This document shows positions 1 to 8,313 of a stretch of DNA of 64,000 bases, in pieces. The first letter of the stretch is position 1. Every line of letters starts with the position of its first letter. The stretch covers positions 3,823,062 to 3,887,061 of the forward strand of contig NZ_JH600070.1 of the NCBI RefSeq assembly GCF_000245015.1, written 5' to 3'. Source of the stretch: Beggiatoa alba B18LD (GTDB lineage: Bacteria > Pseudomonadota > Gammaproteobacteria > Beggiatoales > Beggiatoaceae). A program made the translations under genes and the position numbers. Below the pieces are notes generated by a model. That model was not told where the DNA came from. It ran no database searches and saw only the letters and a list, made by a program, of their open reading frames with translations.

Positions 1-505
1 CGAGTTGTGCCTGAGCGTGATTTATATCAGTAGAACAATGCTCATAATCGAGATAGATGTCACCCGTAACGGTTAGATAGCGCGGGCTGGTGTAGTCGTA
101 TATCTCGATACGTTTTTCTGTTGTGCCTTTACCGCATCGTTTAGCCTTGCCAAAGCACCAAATGTGCAAGCCTTCACCAGAGGGCGACTTTTCGATATAG
201 GTCGTTTTAAACAGGTCTAGGATGTCTTTAGCCCATGGTTCTAATTCGCCATCAGGTTGTATCACGTGGTCTAAATCGATGCAGACAAGGTTATCTCCTT
301 CTCGGAGGACGAAGCCGATACCGTCAAAGCCTTGTGCGTTTTGAACGGTTTCATAAGGGCTTAAGGTGTTAGCGTTGTTTGTCTTGGCGGGTTGTCCAGT
401 GGGCATAAACGGTGCTTTACCTAATTTGCCGTTCGGACGTTCTACATAACGCCAATTTACCCATTGGGCGCGTTCTTTCAGGTACTTTGGTATATAATTG
501 TTCAT
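1..505 (-). CDS. Prim-Pol type (archaeo-eukaryotic primase superfamily) primase N-terminal domain protein, phage/plasmid type; 3' end runs off the window
   Basis: Minus-strand ORF with ATG at 503-505, reading MNNYIPKYLKERAQWVNWRY...VCIDLDH...SGEGLHIW. The DxD and sGxGxH motifs and the WVxW N-terminus are typical of Prim-Pol domains. The ORF track omits it because it is truncated by the window edge. Confidence 0.55.
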   Translation of the reverse strand, partial: MNNYIPKYLKERAQWVNWRYVERPNGKLGKAPFMPTGQPAKTNNANTLSPYETVQNAQGFDGIGFVLREGDNLVCIDLDHVIQPDGELEPWAKDILDLFKTTYIEKSPSGEGLHIWCFGKAKRCGKGTTEKRIEIYDYTSPRYLTVTGDIYLDYEHCSTDINHAQAQL

Positions 506-530
506 GACACTTTCCTAGTGTTATAGGTAA

Positions 531-568
531 TAAAAAACCGCGTCTTGTGGCTAAACTTAACGCGGTTT
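531..568 (-). terminator. Rho-independent terminator downstream of the 627-857 gene
   Basis: Inverted repeat aaccgcg...cgcggtt (535-543 and 561-568) followed on the minus strand by a T-run (A-run 532-537 on plus). Confidence 0.5.
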
Positions 569-626
569 CATTTGCTCTAAAATCTTGCCCTAAGTGATGT
601 TGATGTCATTGCTTAGGGTTTTTCTT

Positions 627-857
627 TTAGAACGCTGTTTCATCATCTACAAGGTTAAGTTTTAAGCCTGTAAAGACGGAGTCGTCTTTATGTTTGTTGA
701 CCAGTGGCTCGATTTCGTCTAACACTTGTTGTCCTTTAGGAGTCGGATATAAACAACTTTTCTGAACAAAGAGGAATCCACGTTCACAAAGTTCTGTTTC
801 GTCTAGGTTGAGTATTTGGGTTAAGCGGTAGGCTCTACTTGGTATCGGTTCTTTCAT
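627..857 (-). CDS. Hypothetical phage early protein
   Basis: 76-aa ORF in an operon with the upstream minus-strand genes (start/stop overlap at 854-857). No recognisable motif. Confidence 0.35.
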   Translation of the reverse strand: MKEPIPSRAYRLTQILNLDETELCERGFLFVQKSCLYPTPKGQQVLDEIEPLVNKHKDDSVFTGLKLNLVDDETAF

Positions 858-1240
858 GATTGTCTCTCTTGAGTTGGGTTAATGGGTTGTTCACTTAATA
901 GCGCATCAATTTGTGTTCTTGCTAGGGTTACCATTTGTTCATGGGGAAGTATTAAAGCCTGTAATTCTTCATCATCATCAACGTCAGACTTTCTTAAATA
1001 GCCTACTTTTTCCATGTTATCCCCTAATGTTTCTAACAACCGCCCAAAAATGGCTATTTCTAAATAGGGGTTATCACTGCATGTTTTTACTTCTATTAAT
1101 ATTTTTAGCCGTTCAACTCCTACCCTAGTCTCCGTTCTATAATGTTCACCTCGAAGAAGCCCCGCTTGATACTGTAACTCTGCGTACTCATCTATAACGG
1201 CTTTCAACTTTTCCCTTGTGAGTGTTTTCGCTTTAATCAT
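854..1240 (-). CDS. Hypothetical phage early protein
   Basis: 128-aa ORF, tightly packed (overlaps neighbours by 4 nt), acidic. Confidence 0.4.
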   Translation of the reverse strand: MIKAKTLTREKLKAVIDEYAELQYQAGLLRGEHYRTETRVGVERLKILIEVKTCSDNPYLEIAIFGRLLETLGDNMEKVGYLRKSDVDDDEELQALILPHEQMVTLARTQIDALLSEQPINPTQERQS

Positions 1241-1243
1241 GGT

Positions 1244-1603
1244 TCAACCCTCATTTGGTATTAATCGCCCTTCACTGTCTTCTACTAATAGCCCCATGTC
1301 GAGTAAGTCTTGTATCGAGTTATCGGTTAGTATTAAGTCCATCAGTAACACTTTTTCAGGTTCAGTTAATGTGGTGTCAGGGTCACTTGTACGAGTGTGT
1401 TTTGTTGTGGGGTCACTCGTACAAGTGAGGTCGAACACACTCGTATGAGTGGGGTCTAGTTGTTTGAGTGTTTCACGTCCTTTATGGGTAGCGATTAAAA
1501 ATCCTATGCCAACTTGTTTTAAAAGTCCTTGTTCTTTCAAGGCTTCAGGGGTTGTTTGTAGGTGTCTGCACAGCTCCGTTGCTGTATTTGATAGCGTCAT
1601 CAT
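1244..1603 (-). CDS. Hypothetical phage early protein
   Basis: 119-aa ORF whose stop overlaps the start of the next ORF at 1600-1603. Confidence 0.4.
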   Translation of the reverse strand: MMTLSNTATELCRHLQTTPEALKEQGLLKQVGIGFLIATHKGRETLKQLDPTHTSVFDLTCTSDPTTKHTRTSDPDTTLTEPEKVLLMDLILTDNSIQDLLDMGLLVEDSEGRLIPNEG

Positions 1604-1836
1604 TGCATTCTCTCCATCATTTCGTAGTCATCAAGAACCCTTGTTCTTGTGTTGTCTTGCCAAATTTCAGAAGGGTACAAATTAAAGTATTTAGCCAGTG
1701 CTAAACGAACCGCTCGCGCCCCTTTTCCGTTTAAACTTTGGTAAAGAATTTCGCGCGATGTTTGAAAGTATTGCGCTGCTTCTTCCATCGTGCCGAACTC
1801 CCCCCGTAGTTCTTCTATCATCGTTACTTTGTTCAT
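1600..1836 (-). CDS. Cro-like small HTH DNA-binding protein, first gene of the leftward early operon
   Basis: 78 aa, helix-turn-helix-like segment EEAAQYFQTSREILYQSL. Divergent from a cI-like repressor across an operator-rich intergenic region. Confidence 0.45.
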   Translation of the reverse strand: MNKVTMIEELRGEFGTMEEAAQYFQTSREILYQSLNGKGARAVRLALAKYFNLYPSEIWQDNTRTRVLDDYEMMERMQ

Positions 1837-2115
1837 AGGGGATTTCCTACGTATAATTGAGTGTGAGTGTAATTGCTTACGCTTACATTCAGTTGTTTTT
1901 AAAAAACCATTGTTTTATTTATTAAAATATCTGTAAGTGTAATTGCTTACGCTTACATTCCACTAAATCAGGTAATTACCTAATTTAGCTCTATAATTTA
2001 ATGTAAGTGTAATTGCTTACGCTTACATTCCACTAAATCAGGTAATTACCTAATTTAGCTCTATAATTTAATGTAAGTGTAAGTGCTTACGCTTACAGTT
2101 ATAGAATAGGTATAT
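1837..2115. promoter_or_regulatory. Divergent cro/cI-type switch region with four copies of an operator-like motif, two copies of a near-palindrome ctaaatcaggtaattacctaatttag, and two TATAAT boxes
   Basis: The motif (g/t)gtaagtgtaattgcttacgcttaca(t/g)t occurs at 1863-1890, 1933-1960, 2003-2030 and 2073-2100. A 70-bp perfect tandem repeat spans 1933-2002 and 2003-2072. TATAAT boxes sit at 1993-1998 and 2054-2059. Confidence 0.55.
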
Positions 2116-2526
2116 TTGAGTAATATGTCAAGCACAAATGAGAATATAAATATTGGTAAAAGACTTCTTTATTTAAGAGAGTCTAAGGGATTGAATCAGG
2201 AAGAAATTTCTGACTCTGTCGGTATATCTTTGCGTGCATATCAAAACTATGAAAGGGGAGAAAGAACGATAAGCAAGGAACTCATACATGCTTTATTAAG
2301 CACGTATGGGGTTGACCCTGTATGGCTTCTAACTGGTGACGGGAACATGTATAGAAATGAAAAACCAGCCCCACGAACCCAAGCCATAGTCGAAATGATA
2401 GAAAGCCTCGACGATAGTCAGAAGCAAAAAATTTATGCTGTTATTGAGGACGCGAAACAGTTCACCGAAATGAAAAAACAAATTAAACAGCTTAACCAGC
2501 TATTAGGCACAATGAAAACTGCTTAG
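2116..2526 (+). CDS. XRE-family (cI-like) transcriptional repressor
   Basis: 136 aa with an N-terminal HTH (GKRLLYLRESKGLNQEEISDSVGISLRAYQNYERGER), divergent from the cro-like gene. Confidence 0.6.
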   Translation: MSNMSSTNENINIGKRLLYLRESKGLNQEEISDSVGISLRAYQNYERGERTISKELIHALLSTYGVDPVWLLTGDGNMYRNEKPAPRTQAIVEMIESLDDSQKQKIYAVIEDAKQFTEMKKQIKQLNQLLGTMKTA

Positions 2527-2542
2527 ATAAGGAAGTAAGAAA

Positions 2543-2752
2543 ATGCGTTTAGTAATCACAATGTATCCTGATGATGAAGATGGTGGTTGGGTAGTCGAAT
2601 GTCCTGCTATTCCTGGTTGTATTAGTGAAGGCGATACTAAAGAGGAGGCTTTAGAGAACATTCAAGAAGCGATAGTACTTTGTTTAGATGTTCGTAGGGC
2701 AAAAGGGATGCCTTTAATAGTGGAAACCTATGAAATTGAGGTAGCCGCGTAA
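2543..2752 (+). CDS. hicB: HicB-family antitoxin (short form)
   Basis: 69 aa, YPDDEDGGWVVECPAIPGCISEGDTKEEALENIQEAIVL matches the HicB/UPF0150 N-domain. Its stop overlaps the start of hicA. Confidence 0.6.
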   Translation: MRLVITMYPDDEDGGWVVECPAIPGCISEGDTKEEALENIQEAIVLCLDVRRAKGMPLIVETYEIEVAA

Positions 2753-2970
2753 TGCCTAAACTTCCATCAATGACAGGTTTAGATATTGTGCGGATTTTTA
2801 AAAAATTTGGGTGGCAAGTAGATAGGCAAGCGGGTAGTCATATCATTATGACGAAAGAAGGGAGTTTAGTTACTTTATCCATTCCTAATCATGACCCTGT
2901 AAAAAAGGGGACTTTAAGAGCTTTAATCCGTGTTGCTGGTTTAACTGTTGAGGAGTTTATTAAGGCTTAA
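2752..2970 (+). CDS. hicA: HicA-family mRNA interferase toxin
   Basis: 72 aa with the GSH motif and a KKGTL segment (IFKKFGWQVDRQAGSHIIMTK...KKGTLRALIRVAGL), typical of HicA/YcfA. Confidence 0.65.
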   Translation: MPKLPSMTGLDIVRIFKKFGWQVDRQAGSHIIMTKEGSLVTLSIPNHDPVKKGTLRALIRVAGLTVEEFIKA

Positions 2971-3273
2971 ATTTAATCAAGTGGATTAAGTGCGAAACGA
3001 CTCACCAAATCGCAGAAGGCTATATCAAGACAGCAAGATTTTTCTACCCCCTACCCTGATTCGTTCTGAAAGGTCAGTAACACAAGCGCGACCCGTATCA
3101 AGAAAAATCATGCTGTCATGATATAGCTTGACCGTGTGCGTAAGGCTGAAAGTAAAAAGACAAGATAAAAGAACACTCACTTTACAAAGACGGAAGATAA
3201 AATACTAAACCCCAAAAACCCATTTATAAAAATGTAAGGTCTTGAAAAACATTAAGATAATTACATTTTTTCC

Positions 3274-3302
3274 TTGTATTGCACCCTCTAAAGTGTTAAA
3301 AT
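3274..3302 (+). promoter_or_regulatory. Candidate sigma70 promoter for the 3348-3779 gene
   Basis: TTGTAT, a 17-bp spacer, then TAAAAT about 45 bp upstream of the ATG. Confidence 0.3.
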
Positions 3303-3347
3303 ATAAGCGTTATCAAAGAGTAATAACACTTTTTAGAGGTTCATATC

Positions 3348-3779
3348 ATGCACGCTACCGCCAAGAAAAACGTTAGAATCCCTGTTGACCGTATCGACGA
3401 AGTTTTAGAGTACCTAAGCATAGTTGCACCTGAACAAGGCGAGGAAGCGTTAAATATACTTGCTAAACATGTCGGAAAGGAACGCCAAAAGAAACCTGTT
3501 CAATTGACCTTAATCAAAAATGAGGAAATCACCCCTACCGAACCGACGGGACAATTGAATGTTGTGGAATCTCCGCAGGTGGAAACGTTAAAAACGGAAT
3601 TAGCGGAAAACCGCGAGGAACTGGAGACCGTTCAGGAAAAACTCGAGCAGGTCAGAACGTTGATAACGTCATTTAAGGAAAAGGCTCACCCGACCTCGCC
3701 CCGCTGGCAACACGCCCGTGTTTTATTGGCTGAACTTGAAAAGCTAGTGAACCTACCAGCCTGCGAAAAGACTCAATAA
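3348..3779 (+). CDS. Hypothetical protein with C-terminal coiled coil
   Basis: 143-aa ORF. The start context is aggttcatatcATG (RBS-like agagg 12 nt upstream). Confidence 0.4.
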   Translation: MHATAKKNVRIPVDRIDEVLEYLSIVAPEQGEEALNILAKHVGKERQKKPVQLTLIKNEEITPTEPTGQLNVVESPQVETLKTELAENREELETVQEKLEQVRTLITSFKEKAHPTSPRWQHARVLLAELEKLVNLPACEKTQ

Positions 3780-3980
3780 GAAAATTAGGGTGGAAAGGAT
3801 AAAACTACTCCATAGAAGAAGCCTCATTGCGAAAATGTCTTTTTCCATATGAGAAATATAAATATGCTCAAGACTAAATTCATATTTTTCAAAAAATTCC
3901 ATTAAATGGACATCTGTACGTATTTTATGCCGAATTTTTAAAAAGTCCTCATGAAACTTTGCCAACTCTTCAGGAGTCAT
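3753..3980 (-). CDS. Hypothetical small membrane protein
   Basis: 75 aa with a hydrophobic C-terminus, downstream of zot on the same strand. Confidence 0.3.
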   Translation of the reverse strand: MTPEELAKFHEDFLKIRHKIRTDVHLMEFFEKYEFSLEHIYISHMEKDIFAMRLLLWSSFILSTLIFLLSLFAGW

Positions 3981-4032
3981 ATAGCCATCTAATTCTTCAG
4001 CCTCAGTTTTTTTGAGTGTGTATTCATTTCTT

Positions 4033-4227
4033 TTACTCCTCTAAAACTGAACCTATCAGTTTATCGACTGCCTTAATTAAATCTAAGCCTTTTTGAGTAG
4101 GAACGGTAAAAAGTAGGCTTGACTCAAAATCGACTTTTACTAATCCCTGTTCGATGAGCCTTTCTAAATTTGTGTGTTCTTCTGCTCCCATAATTTGCGC
4201 AATACGAGAAACTTTTTTATTAATCAT
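4033..4227 (-). CDS. Hypothetical small protein
   Basis: 64-aa ORF immediately downstream of the Zot-like gene. Confidence 0.3.
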   Translation of the reverse strand: MINKKVSRIAQIMGAEEHTNLERLIEQGLVKVDFESSLLFTVPTQKGLDLIKAVDKLIGSVLEE

Positions 4228-4235
4228 ATTGATGC

Positions 4236-5279
4236 CTATAACTTCGGTAAGGGTGGATTAATTAAAGGGGTAGGTTTGTTTGTGTGTTGGAGAACGCACG
4301 CGCTTATCGTGAGGATTCGCCCATTTAACCGAACAGAGCGAGCATCTAGGGGTTGAACTCGATGACCTTTTGCGAGTAAATCAACGAGGCGGCGAGATAT
4401 ACAAGTGGCTGACTCAGCGAAAATATAATTGTAATTACTGCCAAACCTAGACCCGCCCACGAGAATATATTCTTCTGATAGTGTTAATTTTTTCTCTATA
4501 CCCTCCGTTTTAGCCTGTTGTAGTTGTTCTTTAGCGGTTTTATCAACGACAACGTCACCACTTCCCAAGTAGCCAAAAGCGGAAGAAACCAGCCAAATAA
4601 TGAAGAAAATAAGGAAGATAAAAAGAAAGAGTTTGAAGGGCATTCTGGGCTTTACGGTATCCACGACGGTGGATTTATAGAGTTTAAATGCCTGTTTATC
4701 GAATTTAACCCGCTTACCGTATTCTTTATTGACGGGTTTTAGTTTGTCGTCAGAGGCGTAAACGCTGTAACGTTCAAGCCTTGAATAGGGTAAACCGAAA
4801 GGACGAACCAGCCGAAAATACGCCCCGCAGTGTTTTCTAATGTGGGTATCTAAAAGTTGGGCTGATTGGGTAATAAAATAAAAGTCATGTCCATCGTGTC
4901 GATGAGTCTGTAAATACTTTAAAAATTCAGAGGGGGGCTTGCGATAGTTACGTTCAGAGGGGAAAAAATGTTGAGCCTCATCCACCAAAAGAACCGCGCC
5001 AGCGGGTAGCCAGTCTCGAATATTGCCGTAGGAACTCTCTGAATAAACGACGGGAAAAGCCTGATTTTGATAAGCCACGACATCGCCAAGCCCATCAAAG
5101 CGGTGAATTTTTTCGTCTAATTCTAAAATATCAGGGTAAACTTCAAAAAATTCAGGGGTTAAATCGAAGTTTAAAAGATAAATAGGGCGTTTAGATTTGG
5201 CTAAGTCTTTGATAAGTGTACCAACAATATAATTGGTTTTTCCTGAACCCGCTAGACCCGCGATGATATGGACTGTCAT
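4236..5279 (-). CDS. zot: Zot-like filamentous-phage assembly ATPase (pI)
   Basis: 347 aa with an N-terminal P-loop (GLAGSGKT), a LLVDEAQHFF segment, HDGHDFYFITQ, and a central TM segment (FKLFLFIFLIFFIIWLV). The architecture matches M13 gene I / Zot family members. Confidence 0.75.
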   Translation of the reverse strand: MTVHIIAGLAGSGKTNYIVGTLIKDLAKSKRPIYLLNFDLTPEFFEVYPDILELDEKIHRFDGLGDVVAYQNQAFPVVYSESSYGNIRDWLPAGAVLLVDEAQHFFPSERNYRKPPSEFLKYLQTHRHDGHDFYFITQSAQLLDTHIRKHCGAYFRLVRPFGLPYSRLERYSVYASDDKLKPVNKEYGKRVKFDKQAFKLYKSTVVDTVKPRMPFKLFLFIFLIFFIIWLVSSAFGYLGSGDVVVDKTAKEQLQQAKTEGIEKKLTLSEEYILVGGSRFGSNYNYIFAESATCISRRLVDLLAKGHRVQPLDARSVRLNGRILTISACVLQHTNKPTPLINPPLPKL

Positions 5280-5605
5280 GGTGTTGGACTCGTTGGATTT
5301 TTAACGATAGACCATTTATAAGCGGATTTAACCACGTAGGCACTAGAGATTAAGGCTAAGTTAGTCATAACGCCTAAGTAGTCGAGCATTGCCGCCATAG
5401 AAATCAGTAAGCCCGCGTTATCGAGTTGATTTAAAGCGAGGTTAATTTTATCCATGACCATATCACTTAGGGCGTTAAATCCCTTGTAGGTTGCGATAGA
5501 TAGACCGAAGACGGTGAAGAATCGCATGATGAAGAAGTTGAATAAGCCTTCCCAAAGTTTCACGGTAAAGAGCTTATTAAATAGGGCGGCTAGTAACTCA
5601 CTCAT
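5276..5605 (-). CDS. Minor coat protein pVI-like (DUF2523-like)
   Basis: 109-aa hydrophobic protein immediately upstream of zot, overlapping it by 4 nt. Position and size match inovirus gene VI. Confidence 0.5.
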   Translation of the reverse strand: MSELLAALFNKLFTVKLWEGLFNFFIMRFFTVFGLSIATYKGFNALSDMVMDKINLALNQLDNAGLLISMAAMLDYLGVMTNLALISSAYVVKSAYKWSIVKNPTSPTP

Positions 5606-7617
5606 GATTTAAAGATAATTCCCTGAACGGTTAATATTGTGGAAATGTACAATAAAATTTTTAGGATTAATAACGTTGTACAAGCGTAAGAGAAATCGAT
5701 AACGACTTCACCGCCATACATAGGTATCTCGACTTTTTCACGGAGTGGGCAAGAGCCAGCGGAGAAGTTAGGGAGTTGAATTAAAGTAGAAACATCAATA
5801 ACGGTCGAGATTTTATCTTGTTCAAGTTTGTACTTTTCTATCTCGGTTTCTGGCTTAAAATCAGAGACTTTTAACGAGTCTTTGTAGGTTTTTTCTAGTC
5901 GTTCAATGGCTTCTTTAGTCGCACCGCTTGAACTTTCAAAGAGTTCTTTTAAGGTATCCGCGCGGAGTGCTGCTACAAGAGCGGCTGTTTGAGCGGCGAG
6001 ACCTGCTTCAATCGCGACGGTTTGGGCGAGTAACCCTGATTCTATTGCTAAAGTTTGTCCTGCCATAGCGGCTTTATCAGCTAACGCGGCGGCCCCAATA
6101 GCCCCGACTATTGCGGTTGTTGATAGTGTAATCGCTAGGCTATGGTCGACTTCATCGTTAAGCGTCTCTAAAAGCGTTTTAATGTCACCTAAAAGCGCGT
6201 GTGTCACCGTATCGCGGACGTTACAGGGGGGAGTGCCATCGATACCACACGGGAAGTTGTTAGAAACGCCCCCAGAGGAACAAGAGGATGTCGGGGAGGT
6301 AACGGGGTTTAAGTTGTAACGACAAAGTGTCGTGCCTGTTGAAACGCCTGATTTAACGTATTGGCAACCGTTCTGACAAATCGATGTATCTATAACGGTA
6401 TTGGGGTCTAATTCGCTACCCGTTGGAGTAACTGGACACGGTAAATCGAGCGTTGGTTTAGCGGTTTCATAGTCACACTCTTTCGGTTCTGTTGTTGCGC
6501 TGGCTTTAGAAAGGGGGTTAGTACAATATTGGTCAGCTTCACACCTGTCTAAAATCGGAATATTAGAGCCTGTAGGTTTAAAAAAACGGTTTAAGACGAC
6601 TTTATCTTGTTCATCTTCTTTAATAACGAAGCCGTTGGTTAATTCATCAGGAGCGACGACGTAGGAGCCGCCGTTGCACCCATTGCCCAAGTAGTTACAG
6701 ATAACCGCATCAGCGTCCTTTCCTTCACAATTTCCATCAAGCGCACCGCACCGCATGATACGGAATTCTTTATAAGTCATTTCCCAGTCATCAGGACAGA
6801 ATTTAACTGAACCCGATATTTTAGAATCTGATTGAGTGCAATCAGCCCCCGTACCATCATCATTATTATCATCAGGGTTATCAGGGTCATCATCATCATT
6901 ATTGTTGTTATCGTCGTCGTTATTACCCTCATCATAATCAGGCTCACAGGGGTAGCTATCACACACCATAGAGCACATGGCATCTTTGTATTTACAATCA
7001 CAGTTAGTGTACCAAGGAGCATTATCAATAACCTGATAATCAGGGGTACAAGAGCAATACGGCGCACCATTAGGATTTACAGAACTGTGAACCCCAATAA
7101 ACCCATTATTACAATCACGTTTATCAACACAACCCTCCTCGAAAAGCTGTTCATTGTAGGGAAGACTTTCACAGTAACGGGATGGAAAAGCGGTGGAAGC
7201 ATCACAGGTTTTTAATTTGTAACGACAAGCGGAATCAAAAACGGTCGGAGGGGGGACAGGCTCACAATAGGCTTCTGCATAAATGCCTTGATAGGTAAAT
7301 TGAGTATTTGCCTGCCAATTTAAAAAGGTTTGTCCAATATCAGATAGTGGAAAATTAGAAGGTTTAGGGGAACTAGAAAATTTTGTTGTCGTAGAGGCTT
7401 CTAAATAGTTAGGATTAATATGATTCTCTTGTAAACATGAGTATAAATAAGAGCCTAGCGTAAAATCTTTATTGGTGAAAATATGCTCACAGGTGTGATA
7501 AACACGAAATTCTTCTACTTTGGATTGACAAGCCGAAAAATTAGATTGCAAATCAGCACGAGCCAAACTAGCCCAAAAGAGGAAAAAAAGGAAGATTAGC
7601 AAGCGCATGATTTGCAA
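5602..7617 (-). CDS. pIII-like adsorption/minor coat protein
   Basis: 671 aa with a signal peptide (MQIMRLLIFLFFLFWASLARA), Cys-rich N-terminal domains, a D/N-rich low-complexity linker, and a C-terminal hydrophobic anchor. It lies between pVIII and pVI as in inoviruses. Confidence 0.55.
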   Translation of the reverse strand: MQIMRLLIFLFFLFWASLARADLQSNFSACQSKVEEFRVYHTCEHIFTNKDFTLGSYLYSCLQENHINPNYLEASTTTKFSSSPKPSNFPLSDIGQTFLNWQANTQFTYQGIYAEAYCEPVPPPTVFDSACRYKLKTCDASTAFPSRYCESLPYNEQLFEEGCVDKRDCNNGFIGVHSSVNPNGAPYCSCTPDYQVIDNAPWYTNCDCKYKDAMCSMVCDSYPCEPDYDEGNNDDDNNNNDDDDPDNPDDNNDDGTGADCTQSDSKISGSVKFCPDDWEMTYKEFRIMRCGALDGNCEGKDADAVICNYLGNGCNGGSYVVAPDELTNGFVIKEDEQDKVVLNRFFKPTGSNIPILDRCEADQYCTNPLSKASATTEPKECDYETAKPTLDLPCPVTPTGSELDPNTVIDTSICQNGCQYVKSGVSTGTTLCRYNLNPVTSPTSSCSSGGVSNNFPCGIDGTPPCNVRDTVTHALLGDIKTLLETLNDEVDHSLAITLSTTAIVGAIGAAALADKAAMAGQTLAIESGLLAQTVAIEAGLAAQTAALVAALRADTLKELFESSSGATKEAIERLEKTYKDSLKVSDFKPETEIEKYKLEQDKISTVIDVSTLIQLPNFSAGSCPLREKVEIPMYGGEVVIDFSYACTTLLILKILLYISTILTVQGIIFKS

Positions 7618-7628
7618 TGGTTAGTTAG

Positions 7629-7847
7629 TTACAGAGCACCACGAACATATTTAAATACGGCAATCACTGCCAATAAGGAAATAGCTGCAGTAGCAATCGA
7701 TACGATAGCAGGAGCACCTGCTTTTAATTGGTCAACAATATCGGTAACAGTGATATTCGCAACTAAGGCAGCGGCTTGTGCATCAGTAACCATAAATAGA
7801 ATGGGTAAGACAGTTAATAAAAATAAAAGTACACGTCTAACTTTCAT
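7629..7847 (-). CDS. Major coat protein pVIII
   Basis: 72 aa with a signal peptide ending AQA, an Ala-rich amphipathic helix, a hydrophobic core and a basic C-terminus KYVRGAL. This is the classic inovirus major coat layout. Confidence 0.65.
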   Translation of the reverse strand: MKVRRVLLFLLTVLPILFMVTDAQAAALVANITVTDIVDQLKAGAPAIVSIATAAISLLAVIAVFKYVRGAL

Positions 7848-7936
7848 AATAGTTTCCCTATTACTAAGAAAATGAAAACAATGGCAAACAATAAATATGA
7901 AGCCTCAATAATTTGATTAGCTTGTGCAATATCCAT
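7847..7936 (-). CDS. Small hydrophobic pVII/pIX-like minor coat protein (not in the ORF track)
   Basis: 29-codon ORF MDIAQANQIIEASYLLFAIVFIFLVIGKLL. Its ATG overlaps the stop of the upstream ORF (TAATG) and its TGA overlaps the pVIII ATG (ATGA). Confidence 0.35.
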
Positions 7937-8313
7937 TATTTACCCCGAACAAATGGCAACCCTAAAAGGAGAGCGGCCCCACAACTAAGCATTACCCCTA
8001 AATAAATAAAGGGATAAATGTGTTGTTCAAATGTTGCAGACTCAACGAAAACAGGCTCGACTAAGTCACCAAAGACAGAGGCATAAGCCACAAAGCCATA
8101 GGGTGCAGAGAGGGCATAAATACAGTTTTGTGTGTCTCTGTGTTCAGTGGCATAGAGGGAACAATAAGAAACGTCAAAAGTATTAAAGCGTTGAGTGCAA
8201 ATAGTAAAAAGTGCATTAGTCACTTGTTCATTAGTTAAACCACCCCGTACCAATGAACAGGCGGAAGCTGGTAGGGAAAACAAGAATAAAACAAGGATAA
8301 TGAAGGGTTTCAT
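7936..8313 (-). CDS. Hypothetical secreted/membrane phage protein
   Basis: 125 aa with a signal peptide, several Cys, and a hydrophobic C-terminus. It sits between the ssb-like and coat genes. Confidence 0.35.
   Translation of the reverse strand: MKPFIILVLFLFSLPASACSLVRGGLTNEQVTNALFTICTQRFNTFDVSYCSLYATEHRDTQNCIYALSAPYGFVAYASVFGDLVEPVFVESATFEQHIYPFIYLGVMLSCGAALLLGLPFVRGK

Noticed and set aside
913-1685. Plus-strand ORFs 913-1128, 1218-1448, 1449-1685
   Set aside because: They are antisense to a tightly overlapping minus-strand operon that has coupled start/stops. No RBS context is visible.
1933-2100. Possible CRISPR array (regular ~70-bp periodicity of a 28-bp repeat)
   Set aside because: The spacers between repeat copies are identical to each other (an exact 70-bp tandem duplication) and there are no cas genes. 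The location between divergent cro and cI genes fits operators instead.
3241-3275. XerCD dif-like site for inovirus integration
   Set aside because: acattaagataattacatt has only loose resemblance to the dif core TGTATA with flanking arms. No convincing 28-bp dif match was found at either prophage flank.
6777-7215. ORFs 6777-7070 (minus) and 6832-7215 (plus), rich in I/V/T/M runs
   Set aside because: They are alternative-frame or antisense translations of the GAT/AAT low-complexity tract inside the pIII-like gene. They have no start context and give implausible homopolymeric proteins.
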